The notes: a model not told the origin generated them from the letters alone. Shown: positions 39,444 through 49,302, counted from the stretch's first letter. The stretch is DNA of 64,000 bases from Nitrospira sp. (GCA_047150005.1 AP038806.1:64001-128000), one strand, 5' to 3'. Translations and numbers: made by a program.

Positions 39444-39655
39444 TCAGGTGCCTGCAATGGCATGTGTGCCATGGGTAATGGCCCCCTCGGCACGCAATGC
39501 CGCAGCGGCTAGGACGGACCGTGCCCTGATGGTATGGAGGTCAATATGGCTCCTTCGGCCCAGGCCGCCTTGTCGAAGGCCCAAAAGGCTTTTGTAGCTT
39601 CAGGTGCGTGAACGTCCAACTGTTTCAATCTGCCGAGATTCTTCATGTCGCACAT
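39444..39655 (-). pseudogene. Carboxymuconolactone decarboxylase/AhpD-family remnant with internal deletions
   Basis: GGGAGG RBS; MCDMKNLGRLKQLDVHAPEATKAFWAFDKAAWAEGA, a frameshift, then IDLHTIRAR..VLAAAALRAEGAITHGTHA*. The CxxC segment is missing. Confidence 0.8.
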
Positions 39656-39673
39656 GACTGCCTCCCTTGACTC

Positions 39674-40495
39674 TCAAGCTCGAATGCCGACCACCTCCAG
39701 ATACTCGGCAAATACCGTGGTGCATTCGGTGCCGGCCCGGTTATGCGACGTCCACAGCGCTTCGAGTTCTTCGCGAAGACGCTCCCGACCTTCCGCATCC
39801 AGGGAAGCGAAGGCCAGATTGGCCGGGCCATAGTAGAGACGAAAGATTTCCACCACCTCCGCCGGAGGAAACGGATAGCTGAAGGGATACAGGCGCCGCG
39901 TGAGGGACAGGTCGGAGAGTCCGGCGCCGAGCCGCTCCCGGACCACGGCTTCTTCGCCCCACAGAACCGGTGAGGGCATCCCGGATGGCGCGATGAACTT
40001 CGAAATCGTCTTGAACATCTGCCCGACGAACCCTTGCGGTGTCCAATTGCCCATCGCGATGGTGCCCCCCGATACGCATACCCTCAGCAGCTCGCCGGCG
40101 ACCAACGCGGGTTGCGGCGCGAACATCGCGCCGATCAGACTCACCACCGCGTCGAAGCGTCCGTCCTCGAACGGCAGCGTCTCGGCATCGCCTTCCTCAA
40201 AGCGCACCTCAAGTCCTTCTGCCTGCGCGCGTGCGCGCGCCCGCGCGACCAGGTTGCTCGCGATATCGACTCCGGTCACCCCCAGCCCATCCTTCGCGGC
40301 CATCAACGCCAGCTGACCGGATCCGCATCCCACGTCGAGCACCCGACAGCCGGGCGCCAAGCCGAGCCGTTCGTAAAACTCCCGGGCGCCGCTCTCCATG
40401 TAGCGTGAGAACCGGTCGTAGTCCCCGGCCATCCACATCGTTTTGAGTCGTGCCTTGAGACGATCCGCCTCCGAAACCATAGCGCCGGTCGACAT
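39674..40495 (-). CDS. Class I SAM-dependent methyltransferase (UbiE-like)
   Basis: W.AGDY, VLDVGCGSG, GDAE.LPF.D..FD.V.S..GAMFAP, SP.LWG.E. Confidence 0.92.
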   Translation of the reverse strand: MSTGAMVSEADRLKARLKTMWMAGDYDRFSRYMESGAREFYERLGLAPGCRVLDVGCGSGQLALMAAKDGLGVTGVDIASNLVARARARAQAEGLEVRFEEGDAETLPFEDGRFDAVVSLIGAMFAPQPALVAGELLRVCVSGGTIAMGNWTPQGFVGQMFKTISKFIAPSGMPSPVLWGEEAVVRERLGAGLSDLSLTRRLYPFSYPFPPAEVVEIFRLYYGPANLAFASLDAEGRERLREELEALWTSHNRAGTECTTVFAEYLEVVGIRA

Positions 40496-40596
40496 GATGC
40501 CCTCCTTCGGTGTGAGAGTGATTCGTTTCAGCGACGCGTCGCGTGCTTCGCCGCTTCAACGCTGGAGCGCACTATAGGAGGAGACGGCGCCGGCGT

Positions 40597-40675
40597 CTTA
40601 TCCGGGAGTCTGGTTCTCTTGACAGGAGCGTGCTAGGCTACGGCCCGCTTGCGCGGGAGTCCGGATTCATTTGCC
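40597..40675. promoter_or_regulatory. Direct repeat, candidate AraC operator in a divergent promoter
   Basis: CTT...CGGGAGTC[T/C]GG at 40597 and 40648 (51-bp spacing) between the methyltransferase and araC genes. Confidence 0.45.
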
Positions 40676-40705
40676 GAGAATCCGTCGAGTGGATGGGGGG
40701 TTCGC

Positions 40706-41728
40706 ATGGATGTCCTGTCCGAGGTGCTCAAGGCGGTCAAGCTCGACGGAGCGATTTTTTACACGGCCGAATGCTCCGCGCCCTGGGGCTTTCGCACGCC
40801 CCCCTCACGCGTGATGGCATCCTATCTGTCACCGGAACCCAAACATGTCATCTTCTACCATTTGCTGACCGAGGGCCGCGGCTACGCGCAGGTGGAAGGA
40901 GACGGTCGGCTGCTCCGGCTTGACGCGGGCGACATCGTCGTCTTTCCGCAAGGGGATCCTCACCTCTTGGGAAACGGTCCGCCCGTCGAACCGATCGACA
41001 GCTCCAAGGAACTGCAGCGGGTTCTCTCCGAGGATCTCAAGATCGCGCGGTGCGGCGGAGGAGGAGAGATCACGAGAATCATCTGCGGCTACATGACCTG
41101 CGAACCGCAGCTCAGTCACATCCTGTTCGGCGGCCTGCCCCCGGTCCTGAAGATCAATATCCGCAAGGACGCGTCCGGCCAGTGGCTCGAAAACTCCATC
41201 CGCTATTCGGTCGAGACGGCCGATATTTCACGGCCCGGCGGCGAGACGGTGCTCGCCAAACTCTCTGAGGTCCTCTTCGTCGAAACGTTGCGGCGCTACA
41301 TCGCACAGCTCCCACAGGAGGAATCGGGATGGTTGGCGGGAGTTCGCGACCACGAAGTCGGGAAAGCGTTGACGCTGCTGCATCGCCAACCGGCTCATCC
41401 CTGGACGATCGCAACGCTGGCAAGCGAAGTGGGCACGTCGCGCTCGGTGTTGGCCGAGCGCTTCCGGCGGTACCTGTCGGAAACGCCGATCGCCTATTTG
41501 ACGCGATGGCGCCTGCAGCTGGGCAGACAGATGCTGGCTTCCACCAATCAGAGCGTCGCGCAGATCGCCGGCGAGGTGGGCTATGAATCGGAACCGTCGT
41601 TCAACAGGGCGTTCAAACGCGAGTTTGGGCTTCCCCCCGCCCGCTTCCGCAGTCAATCGAGGTTGTTGCGCGAGCAAGCGATCGGTCACGCCGCACCGGG
41701 TCAGCCTGTCTCCGTCCGACACCGGTAA
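40706..41728 (+). CDS. AraC-family regulator with Cupin_6 domain (paralogue of 22262..23269)
   Basis: Same motifs, with long identical stretches (MDVLSEVLKAVKLDGA, GEVGYESEPSFNRAFKREFGLPPARFR). Confidence 0.93.
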   Translation: MDVLSEVLKAVKLDGAIFYTAECSAPWGFRTPPSRVMASYLSPEPKHVIFYHLLTEGRGYAQVEGDGRLLRLDAGDIVVFPQGDPHLLGNGPPVEPIDSSKELQRVLSEDLKIARCGGGGEITRIICGYMTCEPQLSHILFGGLPPVLKINIRKDASGQWLENSIRYSVETADISRPGGETVLAKLSEVLFVETLRRYIAQLPQEESGWLAGVRDHEVGKALTLLHRQPAHPWTIATLASEVGTSRSVLAERFRRYLSETPIAYLTRWRLQLGRQMLASTNQSVAQIAGEVGYESEPSFNRAFKREFGLPPARFRSQSRLLREQAIGHAAPGQPVSVRHR

Positions 41729-41750
41729 GCGGAGGGAGTGCGGATCGCTG

Positions 41751-41845
41751 GAGCCACGGATCTGCTCCTACGAATGCACCTTCTGCGCGGACTGCGTGGA
41801 ACAGGTGGTGGCCAACCTGAATGTCGCCCGGTTCGACCGCTCGTG
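41751..41845 (+). pseudogene. DUF1272 (small Cys-rich protein) fragment
   Basis: RICSYECTFCADCVE matches the DUF1272 core; N-terminus and CPNCGG are missing. Confidence 0.65.
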
Positions 41846-41959
41846 CCTGGCCTTCGCGACGAGACCGTGGACTCGACCGGCACGAGTCAGTAGAATAGCC
41901 GCGCTTTTTGCCGCGAGAGGGCGAGCCAACGCGCATCGCCTCCTTGGAGGAGGCACACC

Positions 41960-42694
41960 GTGACCGAGCGAGCTACCTATACCGTCACCACGTTGCTGGA
42001 CGTGAACGACGTCCAGGATGTCGACGACCGGGCGGAGAGCCGCACCTACATCGTGGCCGACGTGGCGTCGCGGCTGGCGGTCATCATCGATTCGGTGCTC
42101 GAAAACGTCGACCGGGATGTGCTGCTTCTGAAGGAGTTGGACCTGACCCTGGCTTACGCGGTGGAAACCCACATTCACGCCGACCATATCACCGGAGCGT
42201 CGGCCATCAAGGATCGAACCGGCGCGCCGATCGTCTACGGAGGGGCTGCCGAAGGGGTGGTCACGGGAGCGGACCTCTTTCTCCACGACGGCAAGGATCT
42301 TACGTTCGGAGCCACCTCGCTCAGAGCCCTGGCGACCCCCGGACATACCGACAGCTGCACCAGCTATCTCCTGCCCGGCGTGGTGTTCACCGGGGATACG
42401 ATGTTCATTCGGGGGAACGGCCGGACGGATCTCCAGGGCGGCTCTTCCAAGAGACTCTTCGAATCCGTTCACACCAAGCTGTTTACTCTGCCGGACGAGA
42501 CGGTCGTGTATCCGGGGCACGACTATACCGGCCGCGTGGCGTCGACCATCGGGGAAGAAAAACGGTTCAATCTGCGGCTCAACCTCTCCATCGACCTGGC
42601 CACCTTCGTCGACATGATGAGCAAACGCCGGGTGCCCCTGCCGGCAAAAATCGACATCGCCGTGCCCGCCAACATGAAGGCCGGCCGCGTCTGA
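41960..42694 (+). CDS. MBL-fold persulfide dioxygenase-like (ETHE1) protein
   Basis: ETHIHADHITG, TPGHT, FTGD.MFIRG.GRTDLQGG, YPGHDY.G...STIGEEK.FN.RL, AVPAN. Confidence 0.88.
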   Translation: MTERATYTVTTLLDVNDVQDVDDRAESRTYIVADVASRLAVIIDSVLENVDRDVLLLKELDLTLAYAVETHIHADHITGASAIKDRTGAPIVYGGAAEGVVTGADLFLHDGKDLTFGATSLRALATPGHTDSCTSYLLPGVVFTGDTMFIRGNGRTDLQGGSSKRLFESVHTKLFTLPDETVVYPGHDYTGRVASTIGEEKRFNLRLNLSIDLATFVDMMSKRRVPLPAKIDIAVPANMKAGRV

Positions 42695-42822
42695 TCGGCA
42701 GTCGGCATCTCCGGCTTGACTCAGGTCTTTTCCCCGCCTACCGTACGGTGCCGGGATCGACGGCTCACTTGACCGAGCCTGCCGTCGCAGCGGCCGACCA
42801 ATCACGAAAAAAGGAGACTTGC

Positions 42823-43008
42823 ATGCGATTCGTCAAAGTGAAAAACGAGGAACGGGCCGGAGAGGTGGCGATCAATCTCGATCTCGTGCGCGAGGCCCAT
42901 TACGGCGGCGGCTTGCTGCATATCTATTTCGAGCGCAGCTCCAGTGCGCAGGACGACATGACCTTCACCGGCGAGAATGCCCAGAAGATCTGGGCGGCCA
43001 TGGGCTGA
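42823..43008 (+). CDS. Small hypothetical protein (61 aa)
   Basis: AAGGAG RBS and host-like codon use. Confidence 0.65.
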   Translation: MRFVKVKNEERAGEVAINLDLVREAHYGGGLLHIYFERSSSAQDDMTFTGENAQKIWAAMG

Positions 43009-43022
43009 CGGAACGGACACGG

Positions 43023-44165
43023 TCAGTCGAGGGTTTGCTTGAAGCGCGTGACTCCGATGGTCAATGCCACCGCGGCGAACAGGGCGATTTGCCAGAGTTG
43101 TAACAAGACTTCCTCCACCCCGTTGCCTTTGAGCAGGATGCCCCGGACGATCCGCAGAAAATGCGTCAGCGGGAGTACTTCGCCGATCGCCTGCGCCCAG
43201 ACCGGCATGCCGCGGAAGGGAAACATGAATCCCGACAACAGCAGGGACGGCAGAAAGAAAAAGAAGGACATCTGCATGGCCTGCAGCTGATTCTGCGCGA
43301 TCGTGGAGAAGGTGATGCCCACCGCCAGATTGGCGGCGATGAACACCAGGGCCGCGACGAGCAGCAGCACGAGATTGCCTTCCATGGGCACCCCGAACAG
43401 AAAGCGGGCGGCCAGCAGAATCAGCCCGACCTGGACGTAGCCGACGAGAATGTAGGGCGTGATCTTCCCGATCATGACCTCGAACGGCCGCGTAGGCATG
43501 GATAACAGGTTTTCCATCGTGCCGCGCTCGCGTTCCCGCGTGATGGCCAGCCCCGTGATGACGACCATCGTCATGGTCAGCACCACGCCCATAAGGCCCG
43601 GCACGATGTTGTAGTGCGTGACGGCTTCGGGATTGTACTGGGCATGCACGCGCAGCTCGACCGGATCGTCCTGCCGTGCCAGAAACCCGAGCGGTCCCTT
43701 GAAATCGTGCTGGAAGGCCGAGTTCACGAGCATCCGCAGCGAGCCGATCGCGTTGCCGGTGGCGGCGGGATCCGTGGCGTCGGCTTCGATGAGGACGGCG
43801 GGCCGGTCGCCGCGCCACAGATCGCGGGTGAAGTTTTCTGGAATCGAGACCACAAACTGCACCTCGCCGCGCGCGATCGCCGCGCGGGCTTCGGCTTCCG
43901 TCCGTAGCTCCCGGACGAATTCGAAATAGTTGCTGTGGCGAATGGCTTCAAGCAGGCTGCGGCCCTGCGGCCCCCGATCGGCCAACAGCACCGCCGTCGG
44001 GAGGTGCTTGGGATCGGCGTTGATCGCCAGTCCGAAGAGGATCAGCTGGATCAGCGGGATTCCGATCATCATGCCGAACGTCAGCCGGTCGCGACGCATC
44101 TGGACGAACTCCTTCACCACCATGGCCCAGAATCTTACGGGCGAAAACAGGGTGAGCGTCGTCAT
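43023..44165 (-). CDS. ABC-2 transporter permease (YbhR/S-like)
   Basis: KEF.QMRRDR.T, YNPE, RERERGTMENLL, LSGFMFP..GMP. Confidence 0.92.
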   Translation of the reverse strand: MTTLTLFSPVRFWAMVVKEFVQMRRDRLTFGMMIGIPLIQLILFGLAINADPKHLPTAVLLADRGPQGRSLLEAIRHSNYFEFVRELRTEAEARAAIARGEVQFVVSIPENFTRDLWRGDRPAVLIEADATDPAATGNAIGSLRMLVNSAFQHDFKGPLGFLARQDDPVELRVHAQYNPEAVTHYNIVPGLMGVVLTMTMVVITGLAITRERERGTMENLLSMPTRPFEVMIGKITPYILVGYVQVGLILLAARFLFGVPMEGNLVLLLVAALVFIAANLAVGITFSTIAQNQLQAMQMSFFFFLPSLLLSGFMFPFRGMPVWAQAIGEVLPLTHFLRIVRGILLKGNGVEEVLLQLWQIALFAAVALTIGVTRFKQTLD

Positions 44166-45091
44166 GATGAAAAATTGTCCTGGGACCCGCCCATCAGGTG
44201 AATAAAGACGTCTTCCAGCCCCGGCCCGATCCGGCGCCAATCGTAGTCCGTCGTCTTGAACGGCGCGATGGCCTCGGAGAGCGCCGCCTCGTCGTCTCCG
44301 CTCACGTGCAGGCGGTTGCCGAACGCGACCGCTTGTTTGACACCGGGCCGCGCGCGGAGTGTGGTCGCGAGCCGGTGCAGGTCGGGGCCCGCCACGAGCC
44401 ATGTCGTGAGGCCGGCGTGGTCGATCACCTCCTGCACGGTTCCATGGGTGAGCAGCTTGCCGTAGGCGATGTAGGCCAACCGGTGGCACCGTTCCGCCTC
44501 GTCCATATAGTGGGTCGTAATCAAGCAGGTCAGACCGGCGGCGGCGAGGTCGTGGATCTGTTCCCAGAACTCGCGCCGCGCCTTGGGATCCACTCCAGCC
44601 GTTGGCTCGTCCAGGAGGAGAAGCTCCGGCCGGTGGATCAAACAGGCGGCCAGCGCGAGCCGCTGTTTCCACCCTCCCGACAGCTCACCGGCCAGCTGCC
44701 GCTGCCGCTCGAGCAGACCCAGCCGCTCGAGGCTGAGGCGGACGGCGGCCTGCCGATCCGGTACGGCGAACATGCGCGCGACGAAATCTAGGTTCTCCGC
44801 GATGCTCAGGTCTTCGTAGAAACTGAACCGTTGGGTCATGTAGCCGACCTGCCGCTTGATGGCGCGGCTCTCCCGAATCACGTCGTACCCCAGGCAGGTG
44901 CCGCGGCCGCCGTCGGCGCGTAGGAGACCGCACAGCATGCGGATGAACGTGGTCTTCCCGCTGCCGTTGGGACCGAGAAAGCCGCAGATCTCGCCCTTGC
45001 GCACCTGCAACCCGATCCGATCGACCACGGTCCGGTCGCCGAAACGCTTGGTCATGTCCTGCACGTCGATGGCCAGCCCGTCCTGCGTCAT
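44162..45091 (-). CDS. ABC transporter ATP-binding protein (YbhF-like)
   Basis: GPNGSGKT, LSGGWKQR, LLLDEPT, THYMDEAE. Confidence 0.95.
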   Translation of the reverse strand: MTQDGLAIDVQDMTKRFGDRTVVDRIGLQVRKGEICGFLGPNGSGKTTFIRMLCGLLRADGGRGTCLGYDVIRESRAIKRQVGYMTQRFSFYEDLSIAENLDFVARMFAVPDRQAAVRLSLERLGLLERQRQLAGELSGGWKQRLALAACLIHRPELLLLDEPTAGVDPKARREFWEQIHDLAAAGLTCLITTHYMDEAERCHRLAYIAYGKLLTHGTVQEVIDHAGLTTWLVAGPDLHRLATTLRARPGVKQAVAFGNRLHVSGDDEAALSEAIAPFKTTDYDWRRIGPGLEDVFIHLMGGSQDNFSS

Positions 45092-46089
45092 CGAGCGCCT
45101 CCGATCCGGACGTCCACCGGCTGTCCCGGATGCAGCTTCGCCGCGACCGACGGGTCGAACCGCGCCTCGATCATGAAGACGAGCTTGGACCGGCTTTCCC
45201 GGCTGTAGATCACCGGAGGGGTAAATTCCGCCTTCGGCGAAATGTAGTTCACCGTGCCGGCGAACGGCTCTGCGATCCCGTCGACGGACACACGCACGGA
45301 CTGTCCCGGTTGCAGCGTTCCGACCAGATCCTGCGACACGAAGGCCCGCACCTTGACGTTCTGTGGCGGCAGGAGGACGACGACGGGGCGTCCCGCCGCC
45401 ACCCATTCTCCTTCTCGATACAGCGTCTCGAACACCAGGCCGGCCTTGGGAGCCTGCTGCTGCTTCTGCGCCAGTTCCCAGGCGGCCTTCGTCAGGGCCG
45501 CTTCGCGTGCGCGCACTTCGGCTTCCGCCGCCGCGACCTGGTCGGTGCGGGAGCCGGCCTGCGCCGTGTCCAGTTCCGCTTCGAGTTCGGACACGCGATG
45601 GCGGTCCTGATCCCGCGTCGCTCGCGCCCGGTCGAGTTCGAGTTCCGACGTGGCGCCGGGCACCCGGCTCAAGGCGGCCTGCCTGGTAAATTCCCGCTCC
45701 GACAACCGGACTGCGATGCGGGCCTGCCTGAGTTGCGCCTTGATGACTTCGATTTCCGAGGGACGCTTCCCCTTCTTCGCATCCTCCAAGGTCGCCCTGG
45801 CTTGCGACAGTCGCCGTTCCGCTTCCTCCCGGGCCGCCTGCTCCGGCTCCCCGTTGAGACGGAAGAGGACGTCGCCCTCCTTCACCTGCTGCCCGCGCTG
45901 CACCATCAGCGATTCCAGCGCTCCGGCATAGGGTGAAGCCACATAGACGAATTCGCCCTCGACATACCCCTGCACCAGCGTCCGATCGGGCTGCGTGCAC
46001 CCATGCAGCCCCGTCCACAACCCGATCAGCGCGACGAGCGCGCAGACGGCTCGGACGCCGGTTACGGCGGCGGACCGCTCGACCCTCAT
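45088..46089 (-). CDS. HlyD-family adaptor (YbhG-like)
   Basis: QGYVEGE...VASP..G, coiled hairpin, ISP.AEFTPP.IYS, LHPGQPVDV. Confidence 0.9.
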   Translation of the reverse strand: MRVERSAAVTGVRAVCALVALIGLWTGLHGCTQPDRTLVQGYVEGEFVYVASPYAGALESLMVQRGQQVKEGDVLFRLNGEPEQAAREEAERRLSQARATLEDAKKGKRPSEIEVIKAQLRQARIAVRLSEREFTRQAALSRVPGATSELELDRARATRDQDRHRVSELEAELDTAQAGSRTDQVAAAEAEVRAREAALTKAAWELAQKQQQAPKAGLVFETLYREGEWVAAGRPVVVLLPPQNVKVRAFVSQDLVGTLQPGQSVRVSVDGIAEPFAGTVNYISPKAEFTPPVIYSRESRSKLVFMIEARFDPSVAAKLHPGQPVDVRIGGAR

Positions 46090-46712
46090 GACGTCCTCCG
46101 TGCCGTCCCGGCGATCAGTCCCTCGAAGATCACCGACATGATCGCGCCGTATCCCTGTTCAGGCGTCAGGCCCAGTTCGATCAGCTTGGGGGGATTCATG
46201 ACGGCGCGAACGGCCCCGAGCAGAATTTCCATAGCCACCTGCGTCGGAATATCCCGCCGGATGACTCGGGCTCTCCGTCCCCGGCCGAGCAGTTTGCCGA
46301 AGTACCGCCGGATGAGCCCGCGACGCTTCCGCTCGACCACCTCGAATAAGTGAGGAGCGTCCCGTTGGATATCACGCACGAACGGCGCCTGGATCTCCTG
46401 GGTATGGGTCTGCACCGCGGCGACCAGACGGCGCAACGCGACGAGCACGTCGCCTCGGCTGGCGGCCGTAATCCGGCGCAGATCGGCTTCCACGCACCGC
46501 AACTTTTCCAGAATCACCGCCTCGACGAGCGCCGTCTTACTGGGGAACAGGCCGTACAGGGTCTTCTTGCTCATCCCCAGTTCATCCGCCAATTCGTCCA
46601 TCGTGACGCGGCGGAACCCCTGGCTTAGAAAATGACGGCGGGCGGTCGCCACGACTCGCTGCGTCACGGCGGTCTCGGACGGCGGATGCGTGCGCGGCTT
46701 GGGGGTCGGCAT
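46086..46712 (-). CDS. TetR/AcrR-family regulator
   Basis: A...F...GF..VTMDELA.ELGMSKKTLY..FPSK. Confidence 0.93.
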   Translation of the reverse strand: MPTPKPRTHPPSETAVTQRVVATARRHFLSQGFRRVTMDELADELGMSKKTLYGLFPSKTALVEAVILEKLRCVEADLRRITAASRGDVLVALRRLVAAVQTHTQEIQAPFVRDIQRDAPHLFEVVERKRRGLIRRYFGKLLGRGRRARVIRRDIPTQVAMEILLGAVRAVMNPPKLIELGLTPEQGYGAIMSVIFEGLIAGTARRTS

Positions 46713-46728
46713 TGCGGCACCGATACTA

Positions 46729-46758
46729 AGGAAACTAGAATAGTATTATCAGTTTCCT
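46729..46758. promoter_or_regulatory. TetR operator-like palindrome
   Basis: AGGAAACT-N14-AGTTTCCT with an AT-rich centre, immediately upstream of the tetR start. Confidence 0.65.
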
Positions 46759-46840
46759 CAAACCGAACGCAAGGCACCGCACAGGCTGCGGCGCGTCCGC
46801 GATTCGTGTTATAGAATGCCACACCTTGTGGAGGACACTG

Positions 46841-48334
46841 ATGGGCACTCACCGGTCCGATCTTCGCGGCATCGCCAGACGCGCCATGATCGAGCGGGAT
46901 TTCTACCCCGACTTCTCTTCCGCAGCCCTAGGAGAATTGTCGCGGATTTCCGCTCCGGCGGATCGCAATGGAGATCCGGGGGTACGCGATCTGACCCACT
47001 GGCAATGGGTCTCGATCGACAACGATGACTCACGGGACCTCGATCAGCTCACCGTCGCCGAGCCCGCATCCGACGGCGTCGTGGCGATCCGTGTGGCGAT
47101 CGCGGACGTGGACGTCCTGGTCGCGAAGGATTCGAGCCTGGACGCCCATGCCCTGCACAACACGACATCGGTCTACACGTCGGGGGGCGTCTTCCCCATG
47201 CTGCCCGACAAGCTCTCGACCGATCTCACCTCACTGAATGAGCATCAGGACCGACTCGCGATCATCGTGGATATGCACGTGGGGGACGACGGCGAGGTGC
47301 TGGGCTCCCGGGTCTACCGCGGCATGGTCCGCAACCAGGCGAAGCTCGCCTACGGCGCCGTCGGCACCTGGCTGGACGGCTCGGCGTCGATACCCGACGC
47401 GGTCAAAGCGGTGGAAGGCCTGGACGCTCAGCTGCGCCTGCAAGACCGGGTCGCGCGCCGGCTCAAGGCCAGGCGCCATCAGGAGGGCGCGCTCAGTCTT
47501 GAAACGCTCGAGCCGAAGGCCGTCTTCGACGGCGAGCGGCTCGCCAACGTCCTGGTGGAGCGAAAGAATCGGGCCAGGGACCTGATCGAAGATTTCATGA
47601 TCGCGGCCAACCAGGCGACCGTGTCCTTTCTCAAAGCCGAAGGCATGCCGTCGTTCCGCCGCGTGCTTCGCTCGCCGGAACGCTGGCAGCGTATCGTGGA
47701 GGTCGCGGGCCGCTGGAATGAGCCGCTGCCCGCCGAGCCGGATGCACGTGCGTTGGAGTCCTTCCTGGTCAAGCGCCGGGAAGCCGATCCCCTGAGGTTT
47801 CCCGATCTCTCTCTCGCGATCGTCAAGCTCATCGGCCGCGGGGAATATGTGCTCGACCGTTGGCAGAGCGGCGCATCCGAACACTTCGGTCTTGCGGTGA
47901 AGGACTATACCCACTCCACCGCGCCCAACCGCCGCTTTCCCGACCTCATCACCCAACGGCTCATCAAGGCGGCCCTGGCGCAGGCGTCCGTTCCCTATCG
48001 TCCCGATGAACTGCAATTTCTGGCGGATCACTGCACCAGGAAAGAAGACGACGCGGAAAAGGTCGAGCGGCAGCTCCGAAAATCGGCCGCGGCGCTGTTG
48101 CTCGAATCGCAGATCGGCCGGCGCTTCGACGCCATCGTGACCGGCGCCTCGAGCAAAGGCACGTGGGTGCGCCTCCTCGATCCGCCGGTGGAAGGGAAAC
48201 TGGTGTCGCGAGTCGGAGGGCTCGACGTGGGAGACACGCTCACCGTGGAACTGCTGCACACGGATGTCGAGCGGGGCTTCATCGACTTCGCTCGTGTCGG
48301 CCATGTTCAGGATCGCAACCAGTCGGTAGATTGA
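46841..48334 (+). CDS. RNB-domain exoribonuclease (RNase II family, short form)
   Basis: SIDNDDSRDLDQ, VAIADV, LIEDFMIAAN, HFGLAV.DYTHSTAPNRRFPD, C-terminal S1; GGAGG RBS. Confidence 0.92.
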   Translation: MGTHRSDLRGIARRAMIERDFYPDFSSAALGELSRISAPADRNGDPGVRDLTHWQWVSIDNDDSRDLDQLTVAEPASDGVVAIRVAIADVDVLVAKDSSLDAHALHNTTSVYTSGGVFPMLPDKLSTDLTSLNEHQDRLAIIVDMHVGDDGEVLGSRVYRGMVRNQAKLAYGAVGTWLDGSASIPDAVKAVEGLDAQLRLQDRVARRLKARRHQEGALSLETLEPKAVFDGERLANVLVERKNRARDLIEDFMIAANQATVSFLKAEGMPSFRRVLRSPERWQRIVEVAGRWNEPLPAEPDARALESFLVKRREADPLRFPDLSLAIVKLIGRGEYVLDRWQSGASEHFGLAVKDYTHSTAPNRRFPDLITQRLIKAALAQASVPYRPDELQFLADHCTRKEDDAEKVERQLRKSAAALLLESQIGRRFDAIVTGASSKGTWVRLLDPPVEGKLVSRVGGLDVGDTLTVELLHTDVERGFIDFARVGHVQDRNQSVD

Positions 48335-48450
48335 CCGCCCCAACATCCCCGCACGCCGCCTCCCGGAGAGCCATTCGCACTCGGCACAGGACCGCGCCGC
48401 TGCGTTTCGCTGCCATGCTTCATGGAGCGGAAGGCTCCGTCCATCGATCT

Positions 48451-48480
48451 CTCAGCTTGAACTTCCCGCGTCAAGCTGAG
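48451..48480. promoter_or_regulatory. Perfect 10-bp inverted repeat overlapping a putative -35
   Basis: CTCAGCTTGA-N10-TCAAGCTGAG, overlapped by TTGAAC-N18-TAGGAT. Confidence 0.5.
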
Positions 48481-48567
48481 TAGGATTGCCTTTTACGGTT
48501 TTGACCCGTTCGCCTGAACAGGATCACTCGCGATCGTGATCGGTGAAGAATTTGGTGAGATTGCCCC

Positions 48568-49161
48568 ATGCCCAGACCATTCTATTCTTCATATCTGCTG
48601 TGGCTGCTCTGCTGTCTGCTGACCTCCTGCGTCACTGAGGACTCACCGACCGATCGCTCCAGGTCCATGCTGCCCTATGAAGAGTCCGCAGTCTCGATCT
48701 CCGACCTTCGCAAGGCGGCGGAACAGGGCAACCCCGAGGCCCAGAATCGGTTGGGGATGCTGTACAGCGAAGGCCGCGGCGTGCCTCAGGACTACATTCG
48801 GGCGAAGCAATGGTTCGACAAGGCAGCGGAGCAAGGTCATCCAGGCGCACAGGTCAACCTCGGCACCCTGTACTTCCACGGCAACGGGGCGCCTGAAAGC
48901 GAACAGATGGCCCTCTCCTGGTTCCGCCGGGCGGCGGCGCAAGGGGATGCGCTGGCCTTCGCCAAGCTCGGCCTGATGTACGAGCAAGGCCGCGGCGTAC
49001 CCCAAGACTTCATCCAGGCGCATATGTGGTACAACCTGTCGGCGGCGCACGGTGAGAAGCGGGCGCTCGAGCGTCGTGACGCGCTCACCAAGCAGATGAC
49101 GCCCGCCCAAATCGCCGAAGCACAGCGGCTGGCTCGGGAGTGGACGCCGAAGCAGAAGTAG
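48568..49161 (+). CDS. Sel1-repeat lipoprotein
   Basis: LTSC lipobox; three A.QG...AQ..LG..Y..G.GV.QD repeats. Confidence 0.9.
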   Translation: MPRPFYSSYLLWLLCCLLTSCVTEDSPTDRSRSMLPYEESAVSISDLRKAAEQGNPEAQNRLGMLYSEGRGVPQDYIRAKQWFDKAAEQGHPGAQVNLGTLYFHGNGAPESEQMALSWFRRAAAQGDALAFAKLGLMYEQGRGVPQDFIQAHMWYNLSAAHGEKRALERRDALTKQMTPAQIAEAQRLAREWTPKQK

Positions 49162-49221
49162 TCGCGGCTCCGGCAGTATCGCCGGATCTCGGCGTAAAGC
49201 CAAGACGGCGCCGCCCCTTTC

Positions 49222-49251
49222 TTGACAGGGGTTTCACGCGGCTCGTATTCT
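49222..49251 (+). promoter_or_regulatory. Sigma-70 promoter of nfeD-stomatin
   Basis: TTGACA-N18-TATTCT. Confidence 0.55.
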
Positions 49252-49302
49252 GCCATTGCTGGGTCTTGTTCGCCGCCTCTTCGGCCAAGGTGGGGATGCC
49301 CG

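Noticed and set aside
47008..47052. RNase II inactive because of DLDQ instead of DxDD
   Set aside because: The essential Asp (E. coli D209 equivalent) is retained, and DLDQ is a variant I recognise in short RNB proteins.
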